A stretch of 64,000 nt of DNA. Source: Escherichia coli. Its GTDB lineage: Bacteria > Pseudomonadota > Gammaproteobacteria > Enterobacterales > Enterobacteriaceae. Numbering within the stretch: position 1 is the first letter of the stretch; each line of letters begins with the position of its first letter. Below are positions 42,627 to 51,830 of this stretch, piece by piece. The stretch lies in NCBI RefSeq assembly GCF_003019035.1, contig NZ_CP027447.1. One strand, given 5' to 3'. The position numbers and the translations under genes are program-made. The notes under the pieces are model-generated. The model searched no databases, had not been told where the DNA came from, and saw only the letters and a program-made list of their open reading frames with translations.

Positions 42627-43749
42627 CCAGTTTAAGCACCTCTTTGGGAATGGAAATATGTCTGTTCAGAGCCGGGCGCGGCTGTGCGCCCTCGCGCCAG
42701 TGTTTCATTTGCAGGACGTAGGTCAGAACGTGGGCGATAGCCCGGTAAAGCTGAAACGGAATTTGCTGGTTCACCTGGGTGGTGTAGTAAACCGAGCGCG
42801 CCAGTCGCGGGAACTCGACCACTTCCACCTGATTCTCAGTGGCGACCTGGCGAATATAGAGGGCGATTTCATCGGTGCCTTTCGCCACCACAAACGGCGC
42901 GGCGGCGCGAGACTGGTCATACTGCAACGCCACGGCGTAGTGGATCGGGTTGGTGATCACCACGTTGGCTTTCGGCACCACTTTGCGAATTTGCCCCATC
43001 GCCAGTTGCCGTTGCAGCCGCCGCACGCGCGCCTTCACTTCCGGCTTGCCTTCCTGATTTTTGTACTCTTCTTTCAGCTCCTGTTTGGTCATCTTCAGCC
43101 CTTTGGTAAACAGGGCTTTCGCCAGCGGTACGTCGATCAGCGCGAAGAAGATAAACAGGATGACAAAGTTGCGCATCACGCTGGCGTAGAGCGATAAACC
43201 ATCGTTAATTGCCAGTTTGAACGGCAGCGCCTGCAGGCCGAGAAAGGCGGCAAAGTTATTGCGCAGGCTTACCCACAGCATCACCAGTATCACCACCGAC
43301 TTCACCGTCATCTTTCCCGTTTCCGCCAGATGCTCGCTGGAAAACAGCCGCCCAATCCCTTTTAACGGACTGATTTTGCTGAAATCAGGGAGGATTTTTT
43401 TCGGCAGAAACAGCCAGCCGCCAGGCACCAGCGAGGAGAGCAGTGCGGCGGCGGGCATCGGCAGCAAGGTAAGAATAAACTTGCCGAGAATTAACAGGTG
43501 ATGGCGCAGAAACTGGCCGATCACATCCGGGTTATTAATCTCCTGCGCGTACTGATGCACGCTGATAAAACTCTCGCGCACAAAATCGGCATACCACGGG
43601 AAGCTGCTGGAGATCACCACAAATGCCGCAAACAGGCTCGCCGCCAGCCCCATATCCTTCGAGCGCGGCAGTTGCCCCTCTTCACGCGCTTTACGCAGCT
43701 TTTGCGCCGAGGGTTTCTCTGTTTTTTCTTCGCTGCTGCTATCCGCCAT
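42610..43749 (-). CDS. lfhB: Lateral flagellar export switch protein (FlhB homologue)
   Basis: 379-aa ORF; autocleavage-type motif NPIH (NPTH variant) in VVITNPIHYAVAL; overlaps lfhA start. Confidence 0.9.
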   Translation of the reverse strand: MADSSSEEKTEKPSAQKLRKAREEGQLPRSKDMGLAASLFAAFVVISSSFPWYADFVRESFISVHQYAQEINNPDVIGQFLRHHLLILGKFILTLLPMPAAALLSSLVPGGWLFLPKKILPDFSKISPLKGIGRLFSSEHLAETGKMTVKSVVILVMLWVSLRNNFAAFLGLQALPFKLAINDGLSLYASVMRNFVILFIFFALIDVPLAKALFTKGLKMTKQELKEEYKNQEGKPEVKARVRRLQRQLAMGQIRKVVPKANVVITNPIHYAVALQYDQSRAAAPFVVAKGTDEIALYIRQVATENQVEVVEFPRLARSVYYTTQVNQQIPFQLYRAIAHVLTYVLQMKHWREGAQPRPALNRHISIPKEVLKLDGENN

Positions 43750-44521
43750 AGTGACCTTTCAGCGCGTCGAGTTGCTGCAACACAAAATTCGCCAGATGCA
43801 GATAGTGATCCGGCAGGTTGTAGAGCAGGGTGGCGAAGCAAACCAGCCCCGCCAGCATGTTGATGGGAAAGCCGAGCGAAAAAAGGTTCAGCGGCGGCGC
43901 AATGCGGTTAAGCAGGCCAAAGCAGCCCTGCACAATCAGCATGATAAAAGTGGTCGGCAGCGCCAGCAGTGATGCGGACGCCAGTACCCAGCTAAAGGCC
44001 AGCGCGATGGTGCGCAGGGTTTGCGGATGCAGCGCGTTGCCAATCGGCCAGTAGGTGAAGCCCTTATACAGCACGCTTACCAGCAGCAGATGCCCGTCCA
44101 TGGCAAAAAACAGCAGGATCGCGTAGACGTTAATTAATTCCGCCAGCACGGTTGTTGATGCGCCGCTGCTCGGGTCGTTCATCACCGCCATGCTCATCCC
44201 CATATTGAACGAGAGAATTTGCCCGGCCAGTTGCAGCGCCAGAAACAGAAACTGAAACATCAGCCCGAACAACATGCCCCATAAGATTTGCTCCACCGTC
44301 AGGATCAAACTGTTGAGCGAGAGCAAATCATGGGGAATGGGATGGGGGATCAACGGCGTGATGATGATTGCCAGCGCCAGCGACAAAATAATCCGCACGC
44401 GCACGGTCAGGGCGCTGTTATCCAGCACCGGCACATAGCGCAGAAACGCCATAATGCGCACGAAGGGAAACCACAGCCCCAGCGCCAGATCCATCAGTTG
44501 CGTAACGTCGCTTGTGCGCAT
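43739..44521 (-). CDS. lfiR: Lateral flagellar export protein (FliR homologue)
   Basis: Polytopic membrane protein; start set at MRTSDVTQLMD adjacent to the lfiQ stop. Confidence 0.8.
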   Translation of the reverse strand: MRTSDVTQLMDLALGLWFPFVRIMAFLRYVPVLDNSALTVRVRIILSLALAIIITPLIPHPIPHDLLSLNSLILTVEQILWGMLFGLMFQFLFLALQLAGQILSFNMGMSMAVMNDPSSGASTTVLAELINVYAILLFFAMDGHLLLVSVLYKGFTYWPIGNALHPQTLRTIALAFSWVLASASLLALPTTFIMLIVQGCFGLLNRIAPPLNLFSLGFPINMLAGLVCFATLLYNLPDHYLHLANFVLQQLDALKGHYGG

Positions 44522-44522
44522 C

Positions 44523-44795
44523 TTAATGCACCAGCAGGGCGGCCTGGGTAAACAGGTGAATGCAGAGATCATGCAACTGGATAATCATCCATTTGCCGCA
44601 CACGCCCAGCACCACCAGCGTGACAATCAGCCTCGGCAAAAAGCTCAGGGTCTGTTCGTTAATCTGCGTCACCGCCTGGAACACGCTCACCAGCAGGCCG
44701 ACCAGCAGGCTTGGCACCACCAGTACCGAAACCAGCAAAATCACTACTTTAATGCCGCTGGCGACAATGTCGGCGGCTACGTCTACGGTCAACAT
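44523..44795 (-). CDS. lfiQ: Lateral flagellar export protein (FliQ homologue)
   Basis: 90-aa two-helix membrane protein. Confidence 0.85.
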   Translation of the reverse strand: MLTVDVAADIVASGIKVVILLVSVLVVPSLLVGLLVSVFQAVTQINEQTLSFLPRLIVTLVVLGVCGKWMIIQLHDLCIHLFTQAALLVH

Positions 44796-44797
44796 AA

Positions 44798-45550
44798 TCA
44801 GCCCAGCCCCAGCCCGCGAATGCTGGTGGTGAGCGTGCCGATGGTCAGCGACCAGCCGTCAATCAGCACAAACAGCATCAGTTTAAAGGGCAGCGAAACA
44901 ATCAGCGGCGACAGCATCATCATCCCCATCGCCATCAATACGCTGGCGACAATCAGGTCGATAACCAGAAACGGGATGTAAATCATAAAGCCAATCTGGA
45001 AAGCGGTTTTCAGCTCGCTCAGTACATAGGCGGGCACCACGATGGAGAGATCCTGGTCGGCGGCATTGCCCTTCGCGCCGCCGATGGTCATGATTTGCGC
45101 CATCGCTTTTTTGTCGGTCTGCGCCAGCATAAAGCGTTTTAGCGGCGTCGCGGCGGTGCTTAACGCATCGGTCAGGGTAATCCGATCGTTTTCGAACGGC
45201 ACCACCGCGTGGTCGTAAATATTGAGCCAGATGGGGCGCATCACCAGCAGGGTGAGTGAGAGCGCAATACCTATCAGAATGCGGTTCGGCGGCGTTTGTT
45301 GCAGCCCCAGCGCCTGGCGCAGCAGCGACAGCACGATAATAAAGCGCGTAAAGCAGGTCATCATCAGCACCATCGTCGGCAGCAAACCGACGAGGGTCAT
45401 CAGAATCAGTACCTGAATTTTGACGCTGTACTCCTGAGTGTTGCCGTGGGTCACCACGTTAAGTAGCGCAATATCGCCACCCTGGGCCAACGCCAGCGGC
45501 GCAAGCGCCAGCAGCCCAAGGCCCAGCGCCAGTTGAGTGCGGCGTTTCAT
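44798..45550 (-). CDS. lfiP: Lateral flagellar export protein (FliP homologue)
   Basis: 250-aa ORF with signal peptide and FliP C-terminal signature (GMMMLSP...SLPFKLMLFVLIDGW). Confidence 0.9.
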   Translation of the reverse strand: MKRRTQLALGLGLLALAPLALAQGGDIALLNVVTHGNTQEYSVKIQVLILMTLVGLLPTMVLMMTCFTRFIIVLSLLRQALGLQQTPPNRILIGIALSLTLLVMRPIWLNIYDHAVVPFENDRITLTDALSTAATPLKRFMLAQTDKKAMAQIMTIGGAKGNAADQDLSIVVPAYVLSELKTAFQIGFMIYIPFLVIDLIVASVLMAMGMMMLSPLIVSLPFKLMLFVLIDGWSLTIGTLTTSIRGLGLG

Positions 45551-45918
45551 GGTGCCAGGTCGTTGATATCGCGGGTGTTAAACTCCAGCACGCGCAGGCC
45601 GTACTTCTCGTTGACCACCACCACTTCCGCTTTGCCCAGCAGGATATTGTTCACTTTGATATCCAGCGGCTCCCCGGCGAGCTTATCCAGCTCAATCACC
45701 GTGTCGTCGTCGATGTTAAGCAGGTCGGCTAACATAATTTCCACCGACGACACTTCCAGCGTTAAGGTCACCGGAATGCGTTTCAGCAGCGTCATCGAGT
45801 CGGAAAAGCGGTCTTCCAGGCGGGTGACCAGCGTTTCGGCGTCGGCGGATTTCGTGACAGGCGCAACTTCATCGGCGAGGCCAAAATCCCCGGCTAAAAT
45901 ATCGTCTTGTTTACTCAT
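45547..45918 (-). CDS. lfiN: Lateral flagellar switch protein (FliN homologue)
   Basis: Start set at MSKQDDILAGDFG; C-terminal SpoA-like region. Confidence 0.8.
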   Translation of the reverse strand: MSKQDDILAGDFGLADEVAPVTKSADAETLVTRLEDRFSDSMTLLKRIPVTLTLEVSSVEIMLADLLNIDDDTVIELDKLAGEPLDIKVNNILLGKAEVVVVNEKYGLRVLEFNTRDINDLAP

Positions 45919-46762
45919 GGCTATTCTCATTCTTGCCCGCCAGCTCCGACAAAAACAGTTTGTCTTTGTCTTCCACAATCAGGGCGCTAAATAATTCAGA
46001 TTGCCCAATCGCCACCGGGAACGTTTCTCCCAGCGAGATGGGTAAAATATCCCCGGCTTTTATCTGCGCCAGATCGGCGACATTCATCGATAGCTCGGCG
46101 ATTTTGACGTTCAGGGTCAGCGGCAGGGAGCGGATGATTTCTTTAATCAGGGCCGGTTTATTAACGGATTTCGCCACCTGCTGCGGTTTACTGTGCTCGC
46201 TGTGGCGGATCAGATTCAAAATAAAATCGGTGTGGGCGTCGTCGAGCAAAATACGAAAACTGCTCTCTTCATCGCCCGCAAGGGTAAAGGTTAATTGATA
46301 CGCCCAGTGGGTAATCACCGTGCTGCTGTCCAGTTTTAATTTCAGCGCAATACCGGAGGTTTGCAGATTAAAGATCAGCGTGCAGATATCCAGCGCGAGT
46401 CGGTTCTTTAACCGCGTTTCGGTTTTGGTCGGCAGCCCGTTATGCGCTTTCGCCTCTTCAAGAGAGGACTCCAGACCATAAAAATTGCCCAGCAGCATTA
46501 ACAGCAAGGAGCGATCAATATCAAACGCCAGATGCCCGACCTGGGAAACCATCAGTTCGGCGTTTTTATTAATAATATCCATTTCGCAGCCAATCTTTTT
46601 TAAGGTGATATTGCTGCGATGCTTTTTGAGAAAGTAGCTGCCAAGATGCGAATCAATCACGTCAAAATTCCCCGTAAACAGGGTCGGCAGGCGATGGTAG
46701 GGGCGTCCGAGCCGATTACCTTCTAATTTAAAGATGCCTGGCGTTTTACTGTACTTCAGCAT
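45911..46762 (-). CDS. lfiM: Lateral flagellar switch protein (FliM homologue)
   Basis: 283-aa ORF, first gene of the lfiMNPQR-lfhBA operon. Confidence 0.75.
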   Translation of the reverse strand: MLKYSKTPGIFKLEGNRLGRPYHRLPTLFTGNFDVIDSHLGSYFLKKHRSNITLKKIGCEMDIINKNAELMVSQVGHLAFDIDRSLLLMLLGNFYGLESSLEEAKAHNGLPTKTETRLKNRLALDICTLIFNLQTSGIALKLKLDSSTVITHWAYQLTFTLAGDEESSFRILLDDAHTDFILNLIRHSEHSKPQQVAKSVNKPALIKEIIRSLPLTLNVKIAELSMNVADLAQIKAGDILPISLGETFPVAIGQSELFSALIVEDKDKLFLSELAGKNENSHE

Positions 46763-46941
46763 GGCTTACTTTCTCTGCTGTAATGGTATGGGTGTTTCTG
46801 TGCACGCAAATCCGGCTGTGACACAAGGTGAGGTATTAAATAGAGGGGGAGTGAAAGGGGCAAATTATTAATAGGGTGAAAAAATAATTAATCGATTAAT
46901 TGCTTAATGGGAGTTATTTTCGCCAATCAGTCTGCGGTCTG

Positions 46942-46981
46942 TCCCCTCGCCCCATCCGGGGAGAGGGTTAGGGTGAGGGGG
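46942..46981. repeat. GC-rich palindromic repeat (Box C-like family) in the lfiM / lafK divergent region
   Basis: tcccctcgccccatccggggagagggttagggtgaggggg. Confidence 0.5.
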
Positions 46982-47134
46982 CATCACAGATGTCGAAATT
47001 AACAGTATTAATATCTAACTAATTGTTTACCATCAAATAATATTTTTATTATCGTTTAATTCGAACTTGTTAATCCCGCCGGTGATACGCTTCAGAACAT
47101 CCTGTTTTCTGTCGCTACTGATATCGTTCACCCT

Positions 47135-48121
47135 ATGTCTGAACTTATTGCAACTGCCGCTTCCAGCATTAACGCTTTTACTCTGGCAAAGCGTGTCGCC
47201 GCCTTTAACGTGCCGGTGCTCATTCAGGGCGAAACCGGTGCGGGCAAAGAGTGCGTGGCGAAATATATTCACACAGTCGCCTTTGGTGAAAATGAAAGCG
47301 CACCCTATGTCGGCGTGAACTGCGCGGCGATCCCGGAAAATATGCTGGAATCTACCTTATTTGGCTACGACAAAGGCGCATTTACCGGCGCAATTGCCAG
47401 CGTGCCAGGAAAAATGGAACTGGCGAATAACGGCACCTTATTACTCGATGAAATTGGCGATATGCCGCTGGCGTTACAGGCCAAAATATTACGCGTATTG
47501 CAGGAACAACAGGTTGAGCGATTAGGCAGCAACCGACAAATTAAACTCAATTTTCGCCTGATTGCCTGTACCAATAAAAACCTTGAACAGGAAGTTGCCA
47601 CCGGGCGTTTTCGTGAAGATCTCTATTATCGTCTGGCGGTGATTCCTATTACCATGCCGCCGCTGCGTGAACGTCTGAACGATATTATTCCGCTGGCAGA
47701 GTCATTTATTAAAAAATACTCCACGGTGCTGGTGAAAAATATCACCCTGTCGGAATCTACCCGCCGGGCGCTGCTCAATTACCGCTGGCCCGGCAACGTG
47801 CGCCAGCTCGAAAACGCCATTCAGCGTGGAATGATTTTAAATCGCGACGGCGTGATTTTCCCGGATGCCTTAGGCCTGCCGGAAACAGACGTTGCCGACC
47901 ACAGTGAACTGCAATGGCCTGTTCAGCCTGCCGTCCACATTGCCGAAACCAGCGATTTAGGCCAGCACGGACGAAGTGCGCAATATCAATATATCGCCGA
48001 CCTGATGCGTAAATATCAGGGCAACCGCAGCAAAATTGCCGACCTGTTAGGCATTACCCCGCGCGCACTGCGCTATCGACTGGCCTCCATGCGCAAGCAC
48101 GGTATCGAAGTTTTCTCCTGA
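47135..48121 (+). CDS. lafK: Sigma-54-dependent transcriptional activator of lateral flagella, lacking an N-terminal receiver domain
   Basis: 328-aa ORF beginning directly in the AAA+ sigma-54 activation domain (Walker A GETGAGKE, GAFTGA motif, C-terminal HTH); an upstream in-frame stop precludes a receiver domain. Confidence 0.8.
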   Translation: MSELIATAASSINAFTLAKRVAAFNVPVLIQGETGAGKECVAKYIHTVAFGENESAPYVGVNCAAIPENMLESTLFGYDKGAFTGAIASVPGKMELANNGTLLLDEIGDMPLALQAKILRVLQEQQVERLGSNRQIKLNFRLIACTNKNLEQEVATGRFREDLYYRLAVIPITMPPLRERLNDIIPLAESFIKKYSTVLVKNITLSESTRRALLNYRWPGNVRQLENAIQRGMILNRDGVIFPDALGLPETDVADHSELQWPVQPAVHIAETSDLGQHGRSAQYQYIADLMRKYQGNRSKIADLLGITPRALRYRLASMRKHGIEVFS

Positions 48122-48135
48122 CCCGGAAGTTAAAA

Positions 48136-48477
48136 ATGAGCATTACCACAATCAACAGCACCATGCAGGCGCAAATCATGCAGGACGTGCAGCGGATGCA
48201 GGCCAACGCCCAGGCACCGGTGCTGCCCGCCATGACCTTCAGTTCCACCGACCCGGACGTTTCGTTTAACCGCATTATGAGCGGTGCGCTCGGTCATGTT
48301 GACCAGTTCCAGCAGGTGGCGGAGCAGCAGCAAACGGCTGTCGACACGGGCAAAAGTGATGACCTGGCAGGGGCGATGATCGCCAGCCAGCAGGCGTCGC
48401 TCTCGTTCTCCGCGCTGGTTCAGGTGCGCAACAAAATCGCCACCGGATTTAACGATCTGATGAGTATGTCGATCTAA
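48136..48477 (+). CDS. lfiE: Lateral flagellar hook-basal body protein (FliE homologue)
   Basis: 113-aa ORF; FliE-like C-terminus. Confidence 0.8.
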   Translation: MSITTINSTMQAQIMQDVQRMQANAQAPVLPAMTFSSTDPDVSFNRIMSGALGHVDQFQQVAEQQQTAVDTGKSDDLAGAMIASQQASLSFSALVQVRNKIATGFNDLMSMSI

Positions 48478-48481
48478 CCCT

Positions 48482-50128
48482 ATGAATGAAAAAATAAAGA
48501 AGTTAACCCAGGTGTTTCCGGCGTTTCGACTGCGTCTTGCAGATAACAAACGCTGGGCGCTGATGGCGGGAGTGGGGCTTGCCGTGGCGGCGACGGCGAT
48601 TATCGTTAGCGTGCTGTGGACCGGTAATCGCGGCTACGTCTCGCTCTACGGACGCCAGGAAAATCTGCCCGTGTCGCAGATTGTCACCGTGCTGGACGGC
48701 GAAAAGCTCAGCTACCGCATCGACCCGCAAAGCGGGCAGATTCTGGTGCCGGAAGATGAACTGTCGAAAACGCGTATGACCCTTGCCGCGAAAGGCGTGC
48801 AGGCGATCTTGCCCAGCGGCTACGAGCTGATGGACAAAGACGAAGTGCTCGGCAGCAGCCAGTTCGTGCAGAACGTGCGCTACAAACGCAGCCTCGAAGG
48901 GGAGCTGGCGCAGAGCATTATGTCGCTGGACGCGGTGGAGAGCGCGCGGGTGCATCTGGCGCTCAACGAAGAGAGCTCGTTTGTGGTCAGCGATGAGCCG
49001 CAAAACAGCGCCTCGGTGGTGGTGCGTCTGCATTACGGCGCGAAGCTGAATATGGACCAGGTGAACGCCATTGTGCATCTGGTTTCCGGCAGCATTCCGG
49101 GGCTGCACGCCAGCAAAGTTAGCGTCGTCGATCAGGCGGGAAATCTGCTGACCGACGGCATTGGCGCGGGCGAAGCGGTTTCAGCCGCTACCCGTAAACG
49201 CGATCAGATCCTCAAAGATATTCAGGACAAAACCCGCGCCAGCGTGGCGAACGTGCTGGATTCGCTGGTCGGCAGCGGGAATTACCGCGTCAGCGTCATG
49301 CCGGATCTCGACCTCAGTAATATCGATGAAACTCAGGAACACTACGGCGACGCGCCGAAAATCAACCGCGAAGAAAACGTGCTGGACAGCGATACCAATC
49401 AGGTGGCGATGGGTGTGCCCGGTTCGCTCAGTAACCGTCCGCCGATTGCAGCGAATCAGATGACCAACGGTACGGAAGAAAACCGCTCGCCGGAAGCCCT
49501 TTCGAAACACAGCGAAAGCAAGCGCGATTACTCTTACGACCGCAGCGTCCAGCATATTCAGCATCCCGGCTTTGCGGTGAAACGCCTTAACGTGGCGGTG
49601 GTGCTCAATCAAAACGCTCCGGCGCTGAAAAACTGGAAGCCGGAGCAGACCACGCAACTGACCGCGTTGCTGAACAATGCCGCCGGGATCGACGTCCAGC
49701 GCGGTGACAATCTCACCTTATCGCTGCTTAACTTTGTGCCGCAGGCGGTGCCGGTCGAACCAATTATTCCGCTGTGGAAAGACGACAGCGTGCTGGCCTG
49801 GGTGCGGCTGATTGGCTGCGGCCTGCTGGCGCTGTTGTTGCTGTTCTTTGTGGTGCGCCCGGTAATGAAACGGCTGACGGCGGTACGTGCACCGGTTATC
49901 ACACCAGAACCGGAAGCCGTCAGCGAACCGTGGATCGCCATGCCGGAAGAGGAGCGCAAAAACGTCGATCTGCCGTCGCTACCCGGCGATGACAGCCTGC
50001 CTTCGCAGAGTTCCGGCCTCGAAGTAAAACTCGAGTTCCTGCAAAAACTGGCCATGAGCGACACCGATCGCGTAGCCGAAGTTCTCAGACAATGGATCAC
50101 CAGCAATGAGCGAATTGACAACAAATAA
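48482..50128 (+). CDS. lfiF: Lateral flagellar MS-ring protein (FliF homologue)
   Basis: 548-aa ORF with N-terminal TM helix, periplasmic ring domains and a second TM helix near the C-terminus. Confidence 0.85.
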   Translation: MNEKIKKLTQVFPAFRLRLADNKRWALMAGVGLAVAATAIIVSVLWTGNRGYVSLYGRQENLPVSQIVTVLDGEKLSYRIDPQSGQILVPEDELSKTRMTLAAKGVQAILPSGYELMDKDEVLGSSQFVQNVRYKRSLEGELAQSIMSLDAVESARVHLALNEESSFVVSDEPQNSASVVVRLHYGAKLNMDQVNAIVHLVSGSIPGLHASKVSVVDQAGNLLTDGIGAGEAVSAATRKRDQILKDIQDKTRASVANVLDSLVGSGNYRVSVMPDLDLSNIDETQEHYGDAPKINREENVLDSDTNQVAMGVPGSLSNRPPIAANQMTNGTEENRSPEALSKHSESKRDYSYDRSVQHIQHPGFAVKRLNVAVVLNQNAPALKNWKPEQTTQLTALLNNAAGIDVQRGDNLTLSLLNFVPQAVPVEPIIPLWKDDSVLAWVRLIGCGLLALLLLFFVVRPVMKRLTAVRAPVITPEPEAVSEPWIAMPEEERKNVDLPSLPGDDSLPSQSSGLEVKLEFLQKLAMSDTDRVAEVLRQWITSNERIDNK

Positions 50129-51116
50129 GAGCAACAGCTACCTGGAACAGGCGGCGATCCTGCTACTGTGCCTTGGCGAAGAAGCGGCGGCGACGGTGAT
50201 GCAAAAACTCAGCCGCGAAGAAGTGGTGCGCCTGAGCGAAAACATGGCGCGGCTTTCCGGTGTCAAAACCAGCATGGCGCGCAAAGTGATCAACAACTTC
50301 TTTGATGAGTTCCGCGAACAGAGCGGGATCAACGGCGCGTCGCGATCTATGTTGCAGGGCATTCTCAACAAAGCGCTAGGCACCGAGATCGCCAGCAGCG
50401 TGATCAACGGCATCTACGGCGATGAGATCCGCTCGCGGATGGCGCGCCTGCAATGGGTGGAACCACGCCAGCTGGCGATGCTGATCTCCGAAGAACATCT
50501 GCAATTGCAGGCGGTGTTCCTCGCGTTTCTGACGCCGGAAATCTCGGCAGCGGTGCTTTCGTATCTCAACGAATCGGTGCAAAACGAAATTCTCTATCGG
50601 GTGGCGAAACTCAACGACGTCAACCGCGACGTGGTGGATGAACTGGACAGGCTGATCGAACGCGGCCTGTCGGTGCTTTCGGAGCACGGCTCGAAGGTGA
50701 AAGGCATCAAACAGGCGGCGGATATCGTCAACCGCTTCCAGGGCAACCAGCAGGTGATCCTCGACCAGATGCGCGAGCGCGACGAAGACGTGCTGGAGCA
50801 GTTGCAGGATGAGATGTACGACTTCTTTATTCTCAGCCGCCAGAACGAAGAGGTGCGCCGTCGCCTGCTCGACGAAGTGCCGATGGAAGACTGGGCGGTG
50901 GCGCTGAAAGGCACCGAAGCTCTGCTGCGTCGCTCCATTTACGCGGTAATGCCAAAACGTCAGGTGCAGCAACTGGAAGCGATCACTGCGCGCCTGGGGC
51001 CGGTGCCGGTCAGCCGTATCGAACAGATCCGCCGCGAAATCATGGGCATTGCCCGTGAACTGGAAGAGGCGGGCGAAATTCAGCTACAGCTCTTTGCGGA
51101 ACAGACGGCGGAGTAA
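50106..51116 (+). CDS. lfiG: Lateral flagellar rotor/switch protein (FliG homologue)
   Basis: 336-aa ORF immediately after lfiF. Confidence 0.85.
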   Translation: MSELTTNKSNSYLEQAAILLLCLGEEAAATVMQKLSREEVVRLSENMARLSGVKTSMARKVINNFFDEFREQSGINGASRSMLQGILNKALGTEIASSVINGIYGDEIRSRMARLQWVEPRQLAMLISEEHLQLQAVFLAFLTPEISAAVLSYLNESVQNEILYRVAKLNDVNRDVVDELDRLIERGLSVLSEHGSKVKGIKQAADIVNRFQGNQQVILDQMRERDEDVLEQLQDEMYDFFILSRQNEEVRRRLLDEVPMEDWAVALKGTEALLRRSIYAVMPKRQVQQLEAITARLGPVPVSRIEQIRREIMGIARELEEAGEIQLQLFAEQTAE

Positions 51117-51119
51117 CCC

Positions 51120-51830
51120 ATGACCATTGAAACACTGCGCGGGCGCTATCGCCTGCATCGTTTCCCGCCGCGCCAGCGTGCGGTGACCGGAGAACCGCTC
51201 ACCGCCAGCATCAGCGCCGCCGATTACCAGCGCCAGTTGATGGACGGTTTTCAGGAAGGGCTGCAAAAAGGGTTTGCTCAGGGAATGACCGAAGGCCAGG
51301 AGCAGGGCTTTAGCGAAGGTCATCAACAAGGTTTTGCCGAGGGGCGACGCCAGGGCTACACCGAAGGCAGCCTCGCCGGGCAGCAGGAAGGGCGCAAACA
51401 GTTTGTTGACGCGGCACAGCCGCTGGAAGCCATCAGCGGAAAAGTGAACGACTTCCTCGCCCATATCGAACGTAAACAGCGGGAAGATTTGCTGCAACTG
51501 GTGGAAAAAGTCACCCGCCAGGTGATCCGCTGCGAACTGGCGCTGCAACCGACGCAGTTGCTGGCGCTGGTGGAAGAGGCACTGGCGGCCTTCCCGGCAA
51601 TGCCGGAGACCCTCCAAGTGATGCTAAGTACGGAAGAATTTAACCGCTTGCGCGACGCGGTGCCGGAAAAGGTCAGCGAATGGGGGCTGACGCCTTCGCC
51701 GGATCTGCCGCCGGGTGAATGCCGGGTGATTACCGATAAATCTGAACTGGATATCGGCTGCGAGCACCGCCTTGAACAGTGCATGACCGCGCTGAAAGAA
51801 ACACTCACGCCGGAGTCGCAGGGTGAGTGA
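51120..51830 (+). CDS. lfiH: Lateral flagellar export protein (FliH homologue)
   Basis: 236-aa ORF with Gln/Glu-rich coiled region (GFQEGLQKGFAQGMTEGQEQGFSEGHQQGFAEG) directly upstream of the ATPase gene. Confidence 0.75.
   Translation: MTIETLRGRYRLHRFPPRQRAVTGEPLTASISAADYQRQLMDGFQEGLQKGFAQGMTEGQEQGFSEGHQQGFAEGRRQGYTEGSLAGQQEGRKQFVDAAQPLEAISGKVNDFLAHIERKQREDLLQLVEKVTRQVIRCELALQPTQLLALVEEALAAFPAMPETLQVMLSTEEFNRLRDAVPEKVSEWGLTPSPDLPPGECRVITDKSELDIGCEHRLEQCMTALKETLTPESQGE

Noticed and set aside
46763-47134. Sigma-54 promoter for the lfiM operon or lafK in the divergent intergenic region
   Set aside because: No TGGCAC-N5-TTGCA match found on either strand by eye; only weak GG-N10-GC candidates.
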